64,000 bases of DNA from positions 10,292,001 through 10,356,000 of the forward strand of contig JBHGNT010000003.1 of NCBI GenBank assembly GCA_043228905.1, given 5' to 3'. A model generated the notes under the pieces. The model was not told where the DNA came from. It did no database searches and was given only the letters and a program-made list of their open reading frames with translations. Position 1 is the first letter of the stretch; every line of letters starts with the position of its first letter. This DNA is from Azolla caroliniana. Lineage: Eukaryota > Plantae > Polypodiophyta. This document shows positions 33,306 through 46,949 of this stretch, piece after piece. The position numbers and the translations under genes are program-made.

Positions 33306-34610
33306 TCCCGATTTTTTACCGGCCGCCCCGTTATCAGCCCATTCTCGCCGTTTGTCGAAACGGCCACAGACTCTCTTTACCGCAGCCCAGTCGGTCGTCA
33401 GCCCGTCTTCGGTTTCCAGCAAGGAGCCGACTTGATCCCGGTCCCGCTCGTCCACCGACTTGACGAACAGTAGGACCCGGCTCGTATCCAGAACGGTTCG
33501 GTCAAGCGCCGAAAGGCGCGCAAAGCGTTCTTCGAACTCCCGGAGGAGTGCCGTTGCATTTCTTCCCTTGCCGGGGGACTCCACCCATTCCATGAAGTCC
33601 CGTTTCGAAAGCCGGAGCGCGTCGTCCAGCCCGTATTTTTCTAGGAGTCGGCCTTCGAACTCCTCCCAGGTACGGCTCTCCGCCCGCACCTCGAGCACCT
33701 CTGCATGGATGCTCGGCATCGCCACTCGAGGAAACCCGGCAAGACGCCTCTCTTCCGGAATGTCCCGCATCAGCATTTTTGCCCCGTAGGACGCCAAATA
33801 CTTCGTGGCATCCTTTCCGCTGAACCGGCCGATCGTACCGACGACCGCCTCAATGGCTCTATCGAGGGTGCCGGAGCCCTCGCGTGCGCTCAATACCCGA
33901 TCCACGGCCGAAGCCATGGCCTCCGCAAGATCCGACCCTTTCATCTTCTGCTCTTCTACCGCCTCCTTCACGTCGGGTTCACCAAAGATGTCGAGGTATT
34001 CCTCGCGGATGCGTGGAATGAGGCAGGACCTCGGGGGTCCTGTACCGAAGAGCAAGAGAGAAGGGAGAAGAGACCCACTACGTGCGAGAGTAGATTCACA
34101 GGGACACGGCCCTTCGACACAAAGAAGCGAGTGGGACAATGACACAGAGAGACACGAATGTATGTATGTATTAACAAAGACAAACAACAAAACACGAAGT
34201 CGGTTACAACCGAACAGGCCGGCGAACAGATGCCGATACCTGTTCGTAAACGCACAGAAATGAAGGAGTAGGTTGGAGGTGCTGCCGGAAGCACTCGGGC
34301 ATTCCTCAGAGCAGCGCGAGCCTCCCGAAACCTGCATAGAAGGAAGCTATGGAGTTTGCGAACCAGAGAGAGAGAGAAGCCTTCGCACCCAAACCGACAG
34401 CACTTCGTCCTCGACTCTCCGCAATCCCCTCGCCCCTCCTCGTCTCCCTCCTTTTATAGGCAAGGAAGGAGCCGTTTCCCCTTTACTTCCTACCTACCGA
34501 ATCTGCCTACCTAGGATCTCCTATGTATAACATAAGGCGCACGTGCATGAAGAGCCGGTTCCTACGCTCCGGTGCACCGATTCCGCTTGTGGACGGTTTT
34601 CTTCACGACA
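33306..34610 (-). mobile_element. Ty3/gypsy 5' fragment: LTR, tRNA-Trp PBS and partial gag
   Basis: LTR 34610-33989 (TGTCGTGAAG...CTCGACA). PBS TGGTGAACCCGACGTGAA at 33984-33967. Gag-like GRFSGKDATKYL...TWEEFEGRLLEKY...LLFVKSVD...LTTDWAAV. Confidence 0.85.
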
Positions 34611-36121
34611 CCGAAAACTCCGGAATTGAACAGGCTGGCTGAACGGATGAATTGGACGATAATGGAGAGAGTCCGAAGTATGCTGGCAAATGCAAAGTTA
34701 CCCAAGATGTTTTGGGCTGAGGTGCTGACAACGTATGTGATAAACAGATCACCCTCAGCACCCTTAGAAGGAGACTCACCACAGAAAGTATGGACCGGTA
34801 AAGACGTATCCTACCGGCATCTAAAGGTGTTCCGATGTCTTGCTTACGTGCATGTGGTGAAGGACAAGAGAGCAAAGCTGGATCCGAAGTCCTGACCATG
34901 CATATTCCTTGGATACGACGACGATGAGTTTGGTTACCGGGTGTGGGATTTGGTCGAAAAGAAGGTGTTTCAGAGTCGGGATATAGACTTCATGGAAGAC
35001 AGGACCTTTGCCGACTGGGAGTCGGAGAAGAAGGTGATGAACTCCAGATCATCCAATGAAAACTGGCTTGAGGACACAAGGACTTACCCGGTTGAAAACC
35101 GGATGTTAGCCGGTAACCGGATGACACTTGGCGAACCGGCCGGATACAGACAAGAAACCGAACCGACTAAAAAAGAAGAAGAAGAAGAAGACACCGGAAC
35201 TGACAAGATCTCGAATCGGATTCGGATTCGGAACAAACGGAGAAACCGGTGGTCAGAAACCAGGAATGGAGATATCCTCTCCGAGAGAGAAGAGCCCCCC
35301 GGAGATTTCCGGATGCAGAGCATGTGTTGCTAACTGATGAGGGGGATCCGGAAAGCTTCAAAGAAGCAAAGAGAGACAACCACAGCCGCAAGTGGTTGAG
35401 TGCCATGCAGGACGAGATGGATTCCCTCCATGAAAACCATATGTATGAATTGACGAAGTTGCCGAAAGGGAAGAGAGCACTCCGGAACAAGTGGGTGTAC
35501 AAGCTAAAACCGGGAGACGCCAGAAATCCACCAAGGTACAAAGCCCGGATCGTGGTGAAGGGCTTCTACCAGAAGAAAGGAGTGGAATTCAATGAGATCT
35601 TTGCACCAGTAGTAAAAATGGCATCCATCCGGACGGTATTGAGCATAGTGGCAAGCATGGACCTGGAGGTAGAGCAACTGGACGTCAAGACGGCATTCCT
35701 ACATGGCGACCTCGAAGAAGAGATCTACATGCATCAACCGGAAGGATTTGAGAAGAAAGGGAATGAGCATCTGGTGTGCCAGCTGCAGAAGAGCTTATAC
35801 GAATTGAAGCAAGCCCCTCGACAATGGTACCGAAAGTTCGACTCATTCATGACCGACCAAGGGTACTAGAAGACGCAGGCCGACCATTGTGTGTTTGTGA
35901 AGAAATTTGATAGAGGAGATTTCCTGATACTTCTTCTATATGTGAATGATATGTTGATCGTCGGACGAGACTAAGGCAAGATTCAGATGCTGAAGAAGGC
36001 TCTTAACCGGACCTTCTCAATGAAAGACTTGGGTCCAACAAGACAAATATTGCCATGCACATCATCCGGAACCGGTCGAAGAAGCTGTTGTGGTTGTCAT
36101 AGGAGAAGTACGTTGTCGAGC
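34611..36121 (+). mobile_element. Ty1/copia (Tnt1/Tork-like) integrase-RT fragment
   Basis: PKTPELNRLAERMN, FWAEVL, AMQDEMDSLHEN, RYKARIVVKG, QLDVKTAFLHGDLEEEIYM. Stops present; both ends cut by Gypsy LTRs. Confidence 0.9.
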
Positions 36122-37050
36122 TGTTACGCTCTTCGCATGGGGAGAGAGGCGGGACCGCGGGGGCCTTGAACCAAGGAGCGTGAGAAAGAAGAGAGAGAGA
36201 CAGCTTGCAGAAACACAGAGGGAGAAAGAGAGGGAGAACAAAGTCTTAATTACAAAATCAGTAACGATTACAACCGGCAAGCCGACAACGAACCCAACTC
36301 AGGCGAATACAAACAAACACGCATGAGGCTCACACACGCACACAGAGCCGACTGCACTATGGAGCCTCTACCAGAAGCACACGAGTTGTCCACGAAGTAG
36401 AGGCAACTAAATCCAAAATCCTGCAGAGAACGACGAATGATGGAGGAGAGAGCTCGGTCCCAGTTCAACAACACTTCGTCCTCGCTCCCCAAAAACGCGA
36501 TCCCTTCATCCGCCAGCTTCCTTCCCTTTTATAGGCCGTCGAGCAGGCCATTGCACCCTCGTTTTCATCGATTCCTTCTCTGTCCTTTCGGACAGAGATA
36601 CTCTTTGATTTCCTAGACATTTGATGCGTCACATCTAGTCTATTTACACCCTCCGTCCTACTCCTAGTTATATACAAGGTATTAATTGGTGTAGAAAAGT
36701 GTAGGGCTGGTTCATGCACCCTACTTCATCGTTTCCGCTTCTGGCCGGTTTTCTTCACAACATCCACCCCCACCAAACCGCGCATGCACCGGTATGCGCC
36801 GGAGAGGGACAGATACCGGAGAAAACCGGCTCGCGCTCACTCATCGCTCTCCGAATTATCGGCGTCCCCGAGCCAATCGTCGTCGTTATCGCTCCCCCGC
36901 TCCGGCTCGTCTTCGTACCGTTTGTTGAACGTTTTAATCCGCTTCCTGGCTACCGACACCACCAATCGTGTCCTGTCGAGCTCCGCAAGATGGTACGTGC
37001 CGTTGTCGTTCGCCTCGTCACCGTGTAGGGCCGAACCATCTACTTGCGAA
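36122..37050 (-). mobile_element. Ty3/gypsy 3' fragment: integrase tail, PPT and 3' LTR (related to the LTR at 33989-34610)
   Basis: DNGTYHLAELD...KRIKTF integrase C-terminus without a chromodomain. PPT GGTGGGGGTGGA 36774-36763. LTR 36762-36122 (TGTTGTGAAGAAAACCG...GTAACA). Confidence 0.85.
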
Positions 37051-37100
37051 TTTGCGGGTCGCCTTGTGTTGGTTGTCGAGGTTGCTGTCGCAAGCAATCA

Positions 37101-37482
37101 TGTAACAAAATAGGTCCATTATAGTGATGATTTAGTAATAAAAATCTTTCCATGTTTCCTCTCTCATGATCTCTTTCTTTAAACTTTTCTTATGTATGAG
37201 TAAAATTAAGTGTTATTCATGCTTGCTTACTCTAAGCCTTCTCACTCATAAGAATAAATAAGTATTATTCAATCTTGCATAATCTCCTACTCGAAGATTT
37301 ACTTATGCATAAATGTAATTAACTATTATTCGATCTCTTATACTATCAATTTACTCTTATTAGAGGGAAATCTCTCGTCTTTAAGCTTAAAGTGCATTAA
37401 GCGTTAAGCCCTAAATCCTTCCGGTTCAGAACCCCGGCGGTTCCACCTCACGATCCACACTTACTGGCAGATTTTCACGACA
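37101..37482 (-). mobile_element. Solo-LTR-like fragment
   Basis: Plus-strand termini TGTAAC...TTCACGACA. The end resembles the LTR starting at 63919. No TSD. Confidence 0.5.
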
Positions 37483-37795
37483 CTAGTCTGGATACAGAGT
37501 GAAGGCACTCCGATCCAACAACGGAGGAAAATATACCTCCAGAGCCTTCAAGCAATACTTGTCCGATAGAGGGATCCGACATCAAAAGACCGTTCCTTAC
37601 ACACCCATGTAGAATGGAGTGGCAAAATGGATCAACCGAACGATCCAGGAGAGGGTGTCCGCAGTGCTTCAACAAGTCAAACAAAAGCTGGAATTTTGGG
37701 ACGAGGCATTGCAGACGACAGTCTACTTGATAAATCTGTCGCAGTCGAAAGCAATCAGGCTCGAAGTGCCACAAGCACTATGGTCAGGCAAACAA
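37483..37795 (+). mobile_element. Copia integrase fragment
   Basis: Frameshifted LRS.NGG..., GIRHQKTVPYTP.., FWDEALQTTVYLIN. Same family as the fragment at 43490. Confidence 0.75.
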
Positions 37796-37799
37796 TAAC

Positions 37800-39071
37800 C
37801 TAACATTGTATAGAGATACTTCTTAATCATCTTGTACATTGAATTTTAGAGAGAGAGAGAGAGAGAGAGAGAACGAACGTAATAACAAAGCTTCCATTAA
37901 AGCTTAAACCGTGTCTGTCTTCTGTTGTATCTTCTTGCCTCCCTTCTGTGTTGTTAGTTGAACACATACGACAGATCCACACACACACACACACACACAT
38001 ACGTTTCCGCGCATAGTCGATCTACATCTTCCTCTCTCTCTTCCTCTCACACACATACACACACAAATCACATAATCTTCTGCTGCTTTATCAATACTCA
38101 CATAGTTAGACCCTAATTAACCCTAGTTAATTACCTAATTATTAACATGGGATCAGAGCGTGTGGTTTAGTACATTTACTAAACCCACCAGACTCCCACC
38201 CAACTCCATGATTGTGTGTTCAAGATGCCGACGACAAATCCGGCTATCTGCTACTATAGTGCTGCTACGTAGCATGTGCACATGACCAAAGGAAGAAGAG
38301 CCAGGATGGAAGATGCTACATCAACATGAAGACACAAATGGGTAGCTCGCTCCCTAGTGAAAAGCTAGACCGAAGCAATTATTCATCTTGGGAGTACAAG
38401 ATGAACCAATACCTACCCGGCCAAGGGTATTGAAGCTACATCAACGACGCACTCGGAACCAAACCCGATATCACAAACACCAACTAACCAACGTGGGAGC
38501 AAGGAGTGAGTTGGGTAATGTATTGCTTGGCAACATGTGTCCACGACCATATGCTTAACCACATTCGAGATGCCAAGACGCGTAGAGAAGCGTGGGTGAA
38601 ATTAAAGAAAATTTTCGTCGCCAACATGACTGGCTGCAAGCGCTGAACAATATTCGGCAAAAATATATGCTCGTGTCGAGCTACACCACCAAGATCAAGA
38701 GCATTTGTGACTCGCTTGGCTCCATCAACATAAATGTCGATGAAGACGAGATGGTTCAAGTATGCTTGGGCGGCCTCACACAACGATTTGACCCGATAAG
38801 GATGACTATCTTAGCAAGAGAAAACCCTCCTTCGTTCTTTGACCTCCAATCAATGTTATTGGTCGAAGTGAACCACATACAAACCAAGACCAAGAAATCG
38901 GAAGGAAAAATGTTCTTCTCGGATTTGGATGGTGGCCGAGGATGAGGTCGAGGTGGTAGAAGATGGCAATTCGACCCATCACACGAAGGGAACTCAAACC
39001 GTCAACAACAAGACAGAAGCCATTGAGGGACCTTCTGAAGAAGGAGGAGGTTCCATGCCGAACAAGGTCGG
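37800..39071 (+). mobile_element. Copia 5' fragment (partial LTR, PBS, decayed gag)
   Basis: LTR end ATTATTAACA, then TGGGATCAGAGC (~38148). Gag MGSSLPSEKLDRSNYSSWEYKM...PPSFFDLQSMLLVE. Paralogous to 61365-63599. Confidence 0.85.
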
Positions 39072-42000
39072 TGAGAGGAATAGTGCTTGGCTGCAACCAA
39101 GTCTTAAACACTCAATGGAAGAAACAAACCAGAAATGAAGATTGATGCACTTACACAAAATGAGCACCGGATGTTAACGTGGAAACCCTAATCGGGAAAA
39201 ACCCACGGAAGCCCACAGATTCCAACAATCACTATAAGAGGAAGGGTACAATACGAGACTTAGAGGCAACGATCTTGAGCTCTATGTCTTCGCCAATCGA
39301 CAGTTACAACAGAGAATACTTTCTGTTTTTCTCTCGTTCTCTCTCCTTGTCTCGCTGTACAACGATAACAACATATGAACATTGTTTCCCTAGTTATATC
39401 TATACTTATATAAATCTAGGGCTATTTACAAATATGACCTCAACGGTCATGTCTGAACATATTTACTAGTATGTTCCTATTTGTTGGTTCATACCGTATC
39501 CGGCTGGACTCCTTTCGGATTCATCCGATCCGGTATCCAGGTACCTTTCGGACCCATTCGGTCCGGTTCCTTCCTTTTTCTTGTCTAGATCCCATCCGAA
39601 GGGACCTATTTCCCAAAAAACTCCCCTTTCACTCCAGTATGGGATGTCTCATCAGTCCGATCTGTCTTCGGCACACATCCAACTTGTCGGTTGACAACAC
39701 CTTGGTCAACATGTCCGACCTGTTCTCCTCCGTATGGATCTTCGTCAACAAAAATTCTTTATCTTCTACCTTCTCCTAGAACCAATGATATCTCCTTTGG
39801 ATGTGCTTGGTCTGGGAGTGGTACACAATGTTCTTCGCAAGGTGAATGGCACTTTGAATGTTGCAATAGAGCCGGAATTCCTCTTGTCGGATCCCTAACT
39901 CCTCGATGAAATCCGTTATCCAGATTATCTCTTTTCTAGCTTCTACAGTTGCCATGTACTTTGCTTCCATTGTCGATAGTGCAACGGACTTCTGTAGCCT
40001 CGACTACCACGATACAACTCCCCTTGCATAAGTCATGACATATTCGGATGTAGACTAGCTGGTATCCGCATCAACCAACATACCTGAGTTTGTGAATCCT
40101 TCAAATTGGGGTTTACTTGAGCCGAATCGGAGGCACATACTCGAGGTGCCTTTCAAGTACCGGAGTATCCACTTGATTGTGGTCCAATGTTCTCTTCCCG
40201 GATTTCTCATGAATCGGCTGAACACTCGGATTGCATATCTGATATCCGATCGTGTGCACACCATTGTGTACATCAAACTTCCGACGGTAGAGGCATAGGG
40301 AATCTTCCTCATTCCCGATTTCTTTACCTTTGTCTTCGGGCTCAATTTTCCGGACAGCTTGTAATTTTCCGGAAGTGTTGACCCGATCAGCTTAGCATCC
40401 GACATGTTGAATCATTGGAGCACCTTCGTCACGTACTTCTCCTGTGATAGCCACAATAGCTTCTTCGTCGAGTCCCAAACTATGTGCATCCCCAATATCT
40501 GTTTCACCGAACCCAAATCTTTCATTGAGAATGACCGGTTGAAGGTCTTTTTTAGCACTCCGATTTTGGTTTGGTCCGGTCCGACTATTAACATGTCGTC
40601 CACGTACAACAAGAGTATTAGAAAATCTCCTCCATCGAACTTCTTCACAAACACGCAATGGTCGGCTTGCATCTTGTGGTATCCCTGGTCGATCATGAAG
40701 GAGTAGAACTTCCGGTACCATTCCTGGGGAACTTGCTTCAGTCGGTATAAAAGATTCAACTGGCGCACCAAGTGCTCCTATCCTTTCTTGACGAATCCTT
40801 CCGGTTGCTGCATGTAGATCTCCTCCGCAAGGTCTCCATGAAGGAACGTCGTTTTCACATCTAGTTGTTCGACCTCGAGGTCCATGCTTGCCACTATGCT
40901 CAACAGAGTTTCGATGGATGTCATCTTTACTACCGGGGTAAAGATCTCGTCGAAATCCACTCCTTTCTTCTACAGGAAACCCTTTAACAGAATGCGGGCT
41001 TTGTACCTTGGTGGATTTCCGGTGTCTCCCGGTTGCAGCTTGTACAACCACTTGTTCTGAAGCACCCTCTTTGCTTTCGGCAGCTCCGTTTGGTCATATG
41101 TGTGGTTCTCATGTAGGGAATCCATCTCATCCTGCATGACACTTAACCACTTCCTGCCGTGGGTGTCTCTCTTTGCTTCTTCGAAGCTTTCCGGCTCCCC
41201 CTCGGTGGTCAGCAGCACATGCTCTGCATCTGGAAATCTCCGATGGGCTCTTCTCTTCCTGTGAGGAAATCTCCTTCCTTCATTCTCGACCACCGATTCC
41301 TCCGTTTGTTCTACATCCGAATCCGATTCGGGGTCTTGTCTGGTTCTAGTGTCCGATTCTTCTTCGGTCGGTTCTGGTTCTTTGTCCGAATCCGGTTGGT
41401 TTATCCTAGTCTTCGGTTGACATCCGAATTTTGACCAGATGTGTCCTTCCATCTTCCAACCGATCTCTGTCGGTCGATCTGGAGTTTGCTATCTTCTTCT
41501 CTGAGTCCTAGTCTGCAATAGTCTTGGCTTCCACGAAGACTATGTCTGGACTCTGGAAGAATTTCTTGTCGACCAAGTCCCACACTCGGTAGCCGAACTC
41601 ATCATCGCCGTATCCAGGGAATATGCATGGCCCTGACTTTGGATCCAACTTTTCTCTCTTGGATCCAACATGCACGTAAGCGAGACAACTAAACACCTTT
41701 AGATGCTGGTAAGACATGACTTTATTGGTCCATAGTCTCTGTGGTGTGTCTCCATCTAAGGGTGTTGAGGGTGATCTATTTATCATGTAAGGCACCGCCA
41801 TGAGTGCCTCAGCCCAAAACATCTTGGACAACTTAGCATGTGCCAGCATGCTCCGGACTCTCTCCATCACAGTCGGGTTCATCCTTTCAACCAATCCATT
41901 GAGCTCCGGTGTCTTCGGCACAAGGAATTTGAGCCGGATTCTCTTTGACCATCAGTACTCTTTGACCTTCCTCGGCAAGTTTATGCATCCCTTTCTGGCT

Positions 42001-43490
42001 CATGTCGCACAACCTCTTGTGGCACAACTCACCGTCATTGTCAGATGCCACGTTCACTTCTTCCTGGCAAATCTGGGCATGCATCAAGTACAATGTGTTG
42101 ATCTTCCGGGCTCGAGACACGATTAGGATTCCTTTGCTAAACTTCATGACTCCGTTCTGGATGCTACCTGCGTAGCCTTCATTATCCAGGTGGTGGATTA
42201 TATCAGGTTCAACCGAACCTCCGGAACGTGTCAGATATCCTTCAATAGCAATCTGCACCCGGTTGACATAGTCAACCACACATCTCCTATGCCAACAATC
42301 TGGCATGCACCATCATTCCCCATCCGGACACAACCGTGATCTCCGGCTCTGTATGATGAGAAGCATTTCCCGTCGTGGGTCAGATGAAACAGCGCTTCGG
42401 AGTCGACCACCCGCCGTTTCTTCGCTGATAAGGTGTAGCTCTCTCTCCTCAATGATAAGCAATAGTTCTTCTTCACTTCTCGTGATTTCCATTGTTCCGT
42501 TCTGATCCAACCTCCTTCGGTCCGAACCCTTCTTCGAGTTGGTATTGTTGGTTCCTTTCTCCTTCCGTAAGTGCCGACAATTCTTCTGGAAGTGCCCCGG
42601 CTTCCCACAATAGAAGCAGGTGGGTCTCCTCCTTGACTTCGACCTCATCCTCTACTTTTCCATGTTCTAGGGACTCTGATTCCGGCCTCTTCCCCAATTA
42701 TGATCGTCTTCCGTAACCAAAGCCTTCAGATCAGTTCCGGACTCCTGGTCCTTCTGGTGAGCTTCTTCATCCAACAAGCTTGATTTTACCCTTGCTAGGG
42801 ATAGGTGTTTTCCTTTCGGCCCGGAGTTGCCCAAAGTGACAACTAGCATCACCCAATTATCTGGGAGGGAACCGAGCAGCAACAACGCGAGTACCTCGTC
42901 GGCTAGAGGTACTTCCAACAAGGTTGTTTGAATTATCAACCCCTGAAAGACATTCATGTGCTCTTGCATACTGGACCTGTCTTGGTATCAAAGTCTCACT
43001 AACTTCCGGAATACTGAGTTGTGATTCACTGCATTTTTTCTTTCCAGCATGGTATCGATTTTCTTCCAGAGCACATGAGCCTTACTTTCTTCGTTAAAGT
43101 TGTTGTACAGGCTCATGTCTATGAAGCATCGAATGTATGCCGTTGTTCTCATGTGCATCGCCTCCTAGTTTGCGGCATCGATTTTATTTGGTATTTTGTC
43201 TCCGAACTATACCGGAAGCCAAAGATCTTTGACCACCAACATGTCCCTCATCTTTGACTTCCACACTAGGTAGGTGGAGCCGGTGAGCTTGAACATGTTG
43301 CCGAATGGATCTTCCATGCTCTAATACCAATTTGAGAAGAATAGTGCTTAGCCGCAACCAAGTCTTAAACACAATGGAAGAAACAAACCAAAAATGAAGA
43401 TTGATGCACTTACACATAATCCGATGACACCAGATGTTAACGTGGAAACCCTCATCAAGAAAAAACCACGGAAGCCCATAGACTCCAACT
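39072..43490 (-). mobile_element. Near-full-length decayed Ty1/copia (Tnt1/Tork-like)
   Basis: Partial 5' LTR ~43333-43490. PBS TGGTATTAGAGC 43330-43319. Gag with CFYCGKPGHFQKNC knuckle, then protease, integrase, RT (YVDDML) and RNase H (TKHIQRRYHW). PPT ~39621-39630; 3' LTR ~39618-39072. Confidence 0.9.
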
Positions 43491-46440
43491 GTGCAGAATG
43501 TCATGGCGGATTCGATCAACCAAATGATCCGGGAGAGGGTGACAACAATGCCCCAACAAACCGGACTAAAGCTGGAATTTTGGCCGAAGCGTTGCAAACG
43601 ATAGTATATTTGATAAATCTGTTGTTGTTGAGAGAAATACGGCTCAAAGTGCCATAGGGACTATGGTCAGGTAAACATGCGACCTACGACAGGCTTCGTA
43701 CTTTAGGATGCGATGCCTACACCTTCACCCCTAGGGACAAAAGGACCAAGTTGGCACCCCATGCACTTAAGTGTATATTTTTCAGTTATGGAACCGATGG
43801 GAACTTCGGCTATTGACTATAGGACCCAAAGAACCAGAAATTGATCTGGAGTAGTTATATAGTCTTTAATGAAGACTCAATTCTTTCTTAATGGAACCAA
43901 CCAAAAATGGTTGGAAAAAAGGTCTCCTTCGACATAGACAGAGATACCATAGAAGAACCGAATCATTGGGCCAAACCAGTGATTCAACAAACAATCAAAA
44001 TCGATTGAGCCAACAACGCCTCTATTGAATCCGAAACGGCAAGATATTCCTAGTCGAAATCGACTTTGATTCAACTGAAAGATTGACAAATGTCGAACCG
44101 GCAAAGTATATCGAAAGGGCCAAAGAAGGAAAACAAGATAAGATGCTGAAAGGCTGAGCTGAGCTGGCCATGGCTTCTACTCCTTCGTTAATCAATCCCA
44201 AAAAAGGGGAGAATGATTTAACATCACCGAAATCCTATTTCAGGGGTGTATCATCCCATAGGACTCTTGGAGATAGTTCAAGAAATATCAATCAGCCGAT
44301 AGAGATGATGGAAGGATCTGAACCAAAGAACTCGGCACCCAAGTGATCCAAACAAGTTAGAAGGCCAACATAGTTTTACCAACCGGGCATCGACTACGTC
44401 AACTACACAGATGTAGGAGAATATGAGGAAGTTGTACCTACACGTGATGCCGAGACATGGCTACAGGACATTGGAGTTGGTTGAATTACCAACTAATCGG
44501 AAGCCACTACCGTGCAAATGGTTCTACAGATACAATTACATATCCAGTTCGGAACAACCCAAGTACAAAGCTCGGCTCATCGCCAAAGGTTTCAAACAGG
44601 AACATGGGGTTCACTACAACGAGATCTTTTCGCCTGTAGTCAAAATGACCACCCCCCAGCTCCTTTTAGGGGTTGTGGTGATAGAAGACCTAGAACTGGA
44701 GCAACTCAACGTAAAGACGATCTTCCTTCACGGATATCTAGATGAAGCCATCTATATGTCTCAACCGGCAAGCTTCACAGCGATAGGGGAGCAAGGTGAC
44801 CTTGTTGGCAAGTTGAAGAAGATCCTATAAAACCTCAAGAAAGTACCAAGAATTTGGTATCAAAAGTTTGATACTTACATCTGGCAGCTCGGGTACAGCC
44901 GGTTGAACTCTGACCCATGCATGTACGTTTGGGAATTGGCCGACGAGTCCAGGATCTACCTGATCCTATACGGCAACGATATGTTGATTGCAAAGAGCAA
45001 TCAAGAAGAAATCGGAAGACTAAAGCGGACCCTTTATAAAAAATTCACGATGAAGGAACTCGGACAAGCCTGACATATCTTTGGCATGAGGATCGAGCAA
45101 ATTCGGATGATGAAGACTCTCCAGGTCTCCCAATCCGACTATATCCCAAAGGTTCTTTGAAGGTTCAACATGGAGAATACTAAGCTGGCACCGACTCCGC
45201 TCCCAATGTCAACATGACTAACAGACATGAACTCTCCTTTGACTGACAAGGAAAACAACTCAATGGAAAGATACCCTATGCATCAACCGTAGGAAGTATC
45301 ATGTATGCAACAGTGGAGACCCGATGTGATCTTGCATATGCCATTGGGGTTGTCAGCTGGTACATGTCGAACATAGGACGGAAGGATTGGGAGGCCATCA
45401 AGCACATCGTCAGGTATTTGAGGGAAACCGAAGATGTACAATTCACTTTTCGATCAGCAAATCTGACACAAGTCAAAGGCTACACCAGGTAATCCAGACA
45501 ATCAGAAGTCGACATCAGGGAGATCGAAATTGCAAGACTGCATGGCCCTATCGACCATAGAGGCCGAGTACATTGCCACGTTGGAAGCAACAAAGGAAGC
45601 AATCTGGATGCACCAACTATCAGCCGATTTTTCAGCCACAAGCCAAATCGATCATCCAATGTCGACCATCTATTGTGACTCAAGAGCGCAATACACCTCA
45701 TTAGCAATCCCATCTACCATGTGAAGACGAAACATATTGAGGTGTGGTTTTATCATACCCGGGAGCTCGTAACAGAGAAGAAGCTCTAAATCCGGAAGAT
45801 CAACACCTAGGTTAACATCGTTGATTGCCTAATGAAGCCACTCCCAAATCAACGCCTCGGAGCATTGAGGACAACGATGGAACTACAACAAGCGACCGAG
45901 CAGAAGAGAACCAAACAAACAATCACAATAGGTAAGTCAATGACCGGCCCGATCGGACGAACCGAAAAAGCAAAGTCCAAAGAATCGGAAAGCCAAAAGG
46001 CTAAGGACGTAGCCGAGTGCGAGGATGTCGACAAGAAAGGAAATGATTGTCTGGCGAGCGAAGCCGAAGACAAATCGAGGATCCAGCAGTGAGCATGGAA
46101 GCTATCGTGAGCAGGAAGCGGACAATTGACTAGAGGCCGAGAGTTGGAATCGGACATGAGCCGACTCGAATGCAAGTTTATCCGAATCAATCGATCCAAC
46201 TAACCTAGTCTAGCTGACCTGGATAACAGACGATCCAGATGACTAGCCGAATCAAGCTAGTTTCCGACTATAACTCTGCTAACTCGGCCTAATGCCAAAA
46301 GACTTGTATGTATACAATTGTAGAGAAAGTTAGAAGTTTCTCTCTTGTTGTAATCTCTAATGTCTCTCTTGTTGTGTTTTCTGCTCGGTGTCTGGAAGTG
46401 TGCATCACAAGTGCGTGGACAAGCACTTGACCTTACCCAA
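43491..46440 (+). mobile_element. Decayed copia integrase-RT-RNase H with probable 3' LTR
   Basis: AEALQTIVYLIN, KYKARLIAKGFKQ, EQLNVKTIFLHG, ALSTIEAEYIA, KTKHIEV. Right boundary approximate. Confidence 0.85.
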
Positions 46441-46949
46441 AAGTGGTGTTTGGAGGAGGCAAAAATATACTATGCAAGGATTTTTTTTGCAAAATTAGGT
46501 TTCAAACACATGAACTTCATGACAAATTAAATCATTTCGACCAATAGACCAAAACATACCTTTAATAAAAGTTTGTTATTTATATATGTTAAACTAATAA
46601 CTTATAATTTTAAATGACTTCGATAAACATATACTCAAATGGAAAGATTTGATTGTATTAATTTATATGAACTTATGTCTTAGATTTTAACCCTACTTTC
46701 AAGAATTTTTGAGCCACATTGCTCTTTTATTCTCCTTGAGACATCAATATTATTTTGTTTTCCCCTCTTCCCTTCTTTCTCCTTCCCCCTTTATATAAGA
46801 TGAGAACACCTATATATAAGGTCTAACATGCATAACGGGGTGAGAGCATATCGCCACTTAGTGTTCATGCTTTAAATGACATCAAATAAATATATTAACT
46901 ACATAATTATATATTTATTTAGCATATGAAATAGTTATCTTAGTGATAG

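Noticed and set aside
34611-41921. Inverted pair of Tork-like copia pol regions as a dedicated hairpin locus
   Set aside because: The arms are diverged, ~4 kb apart and separated by other insertions; two independent insertions explain them.
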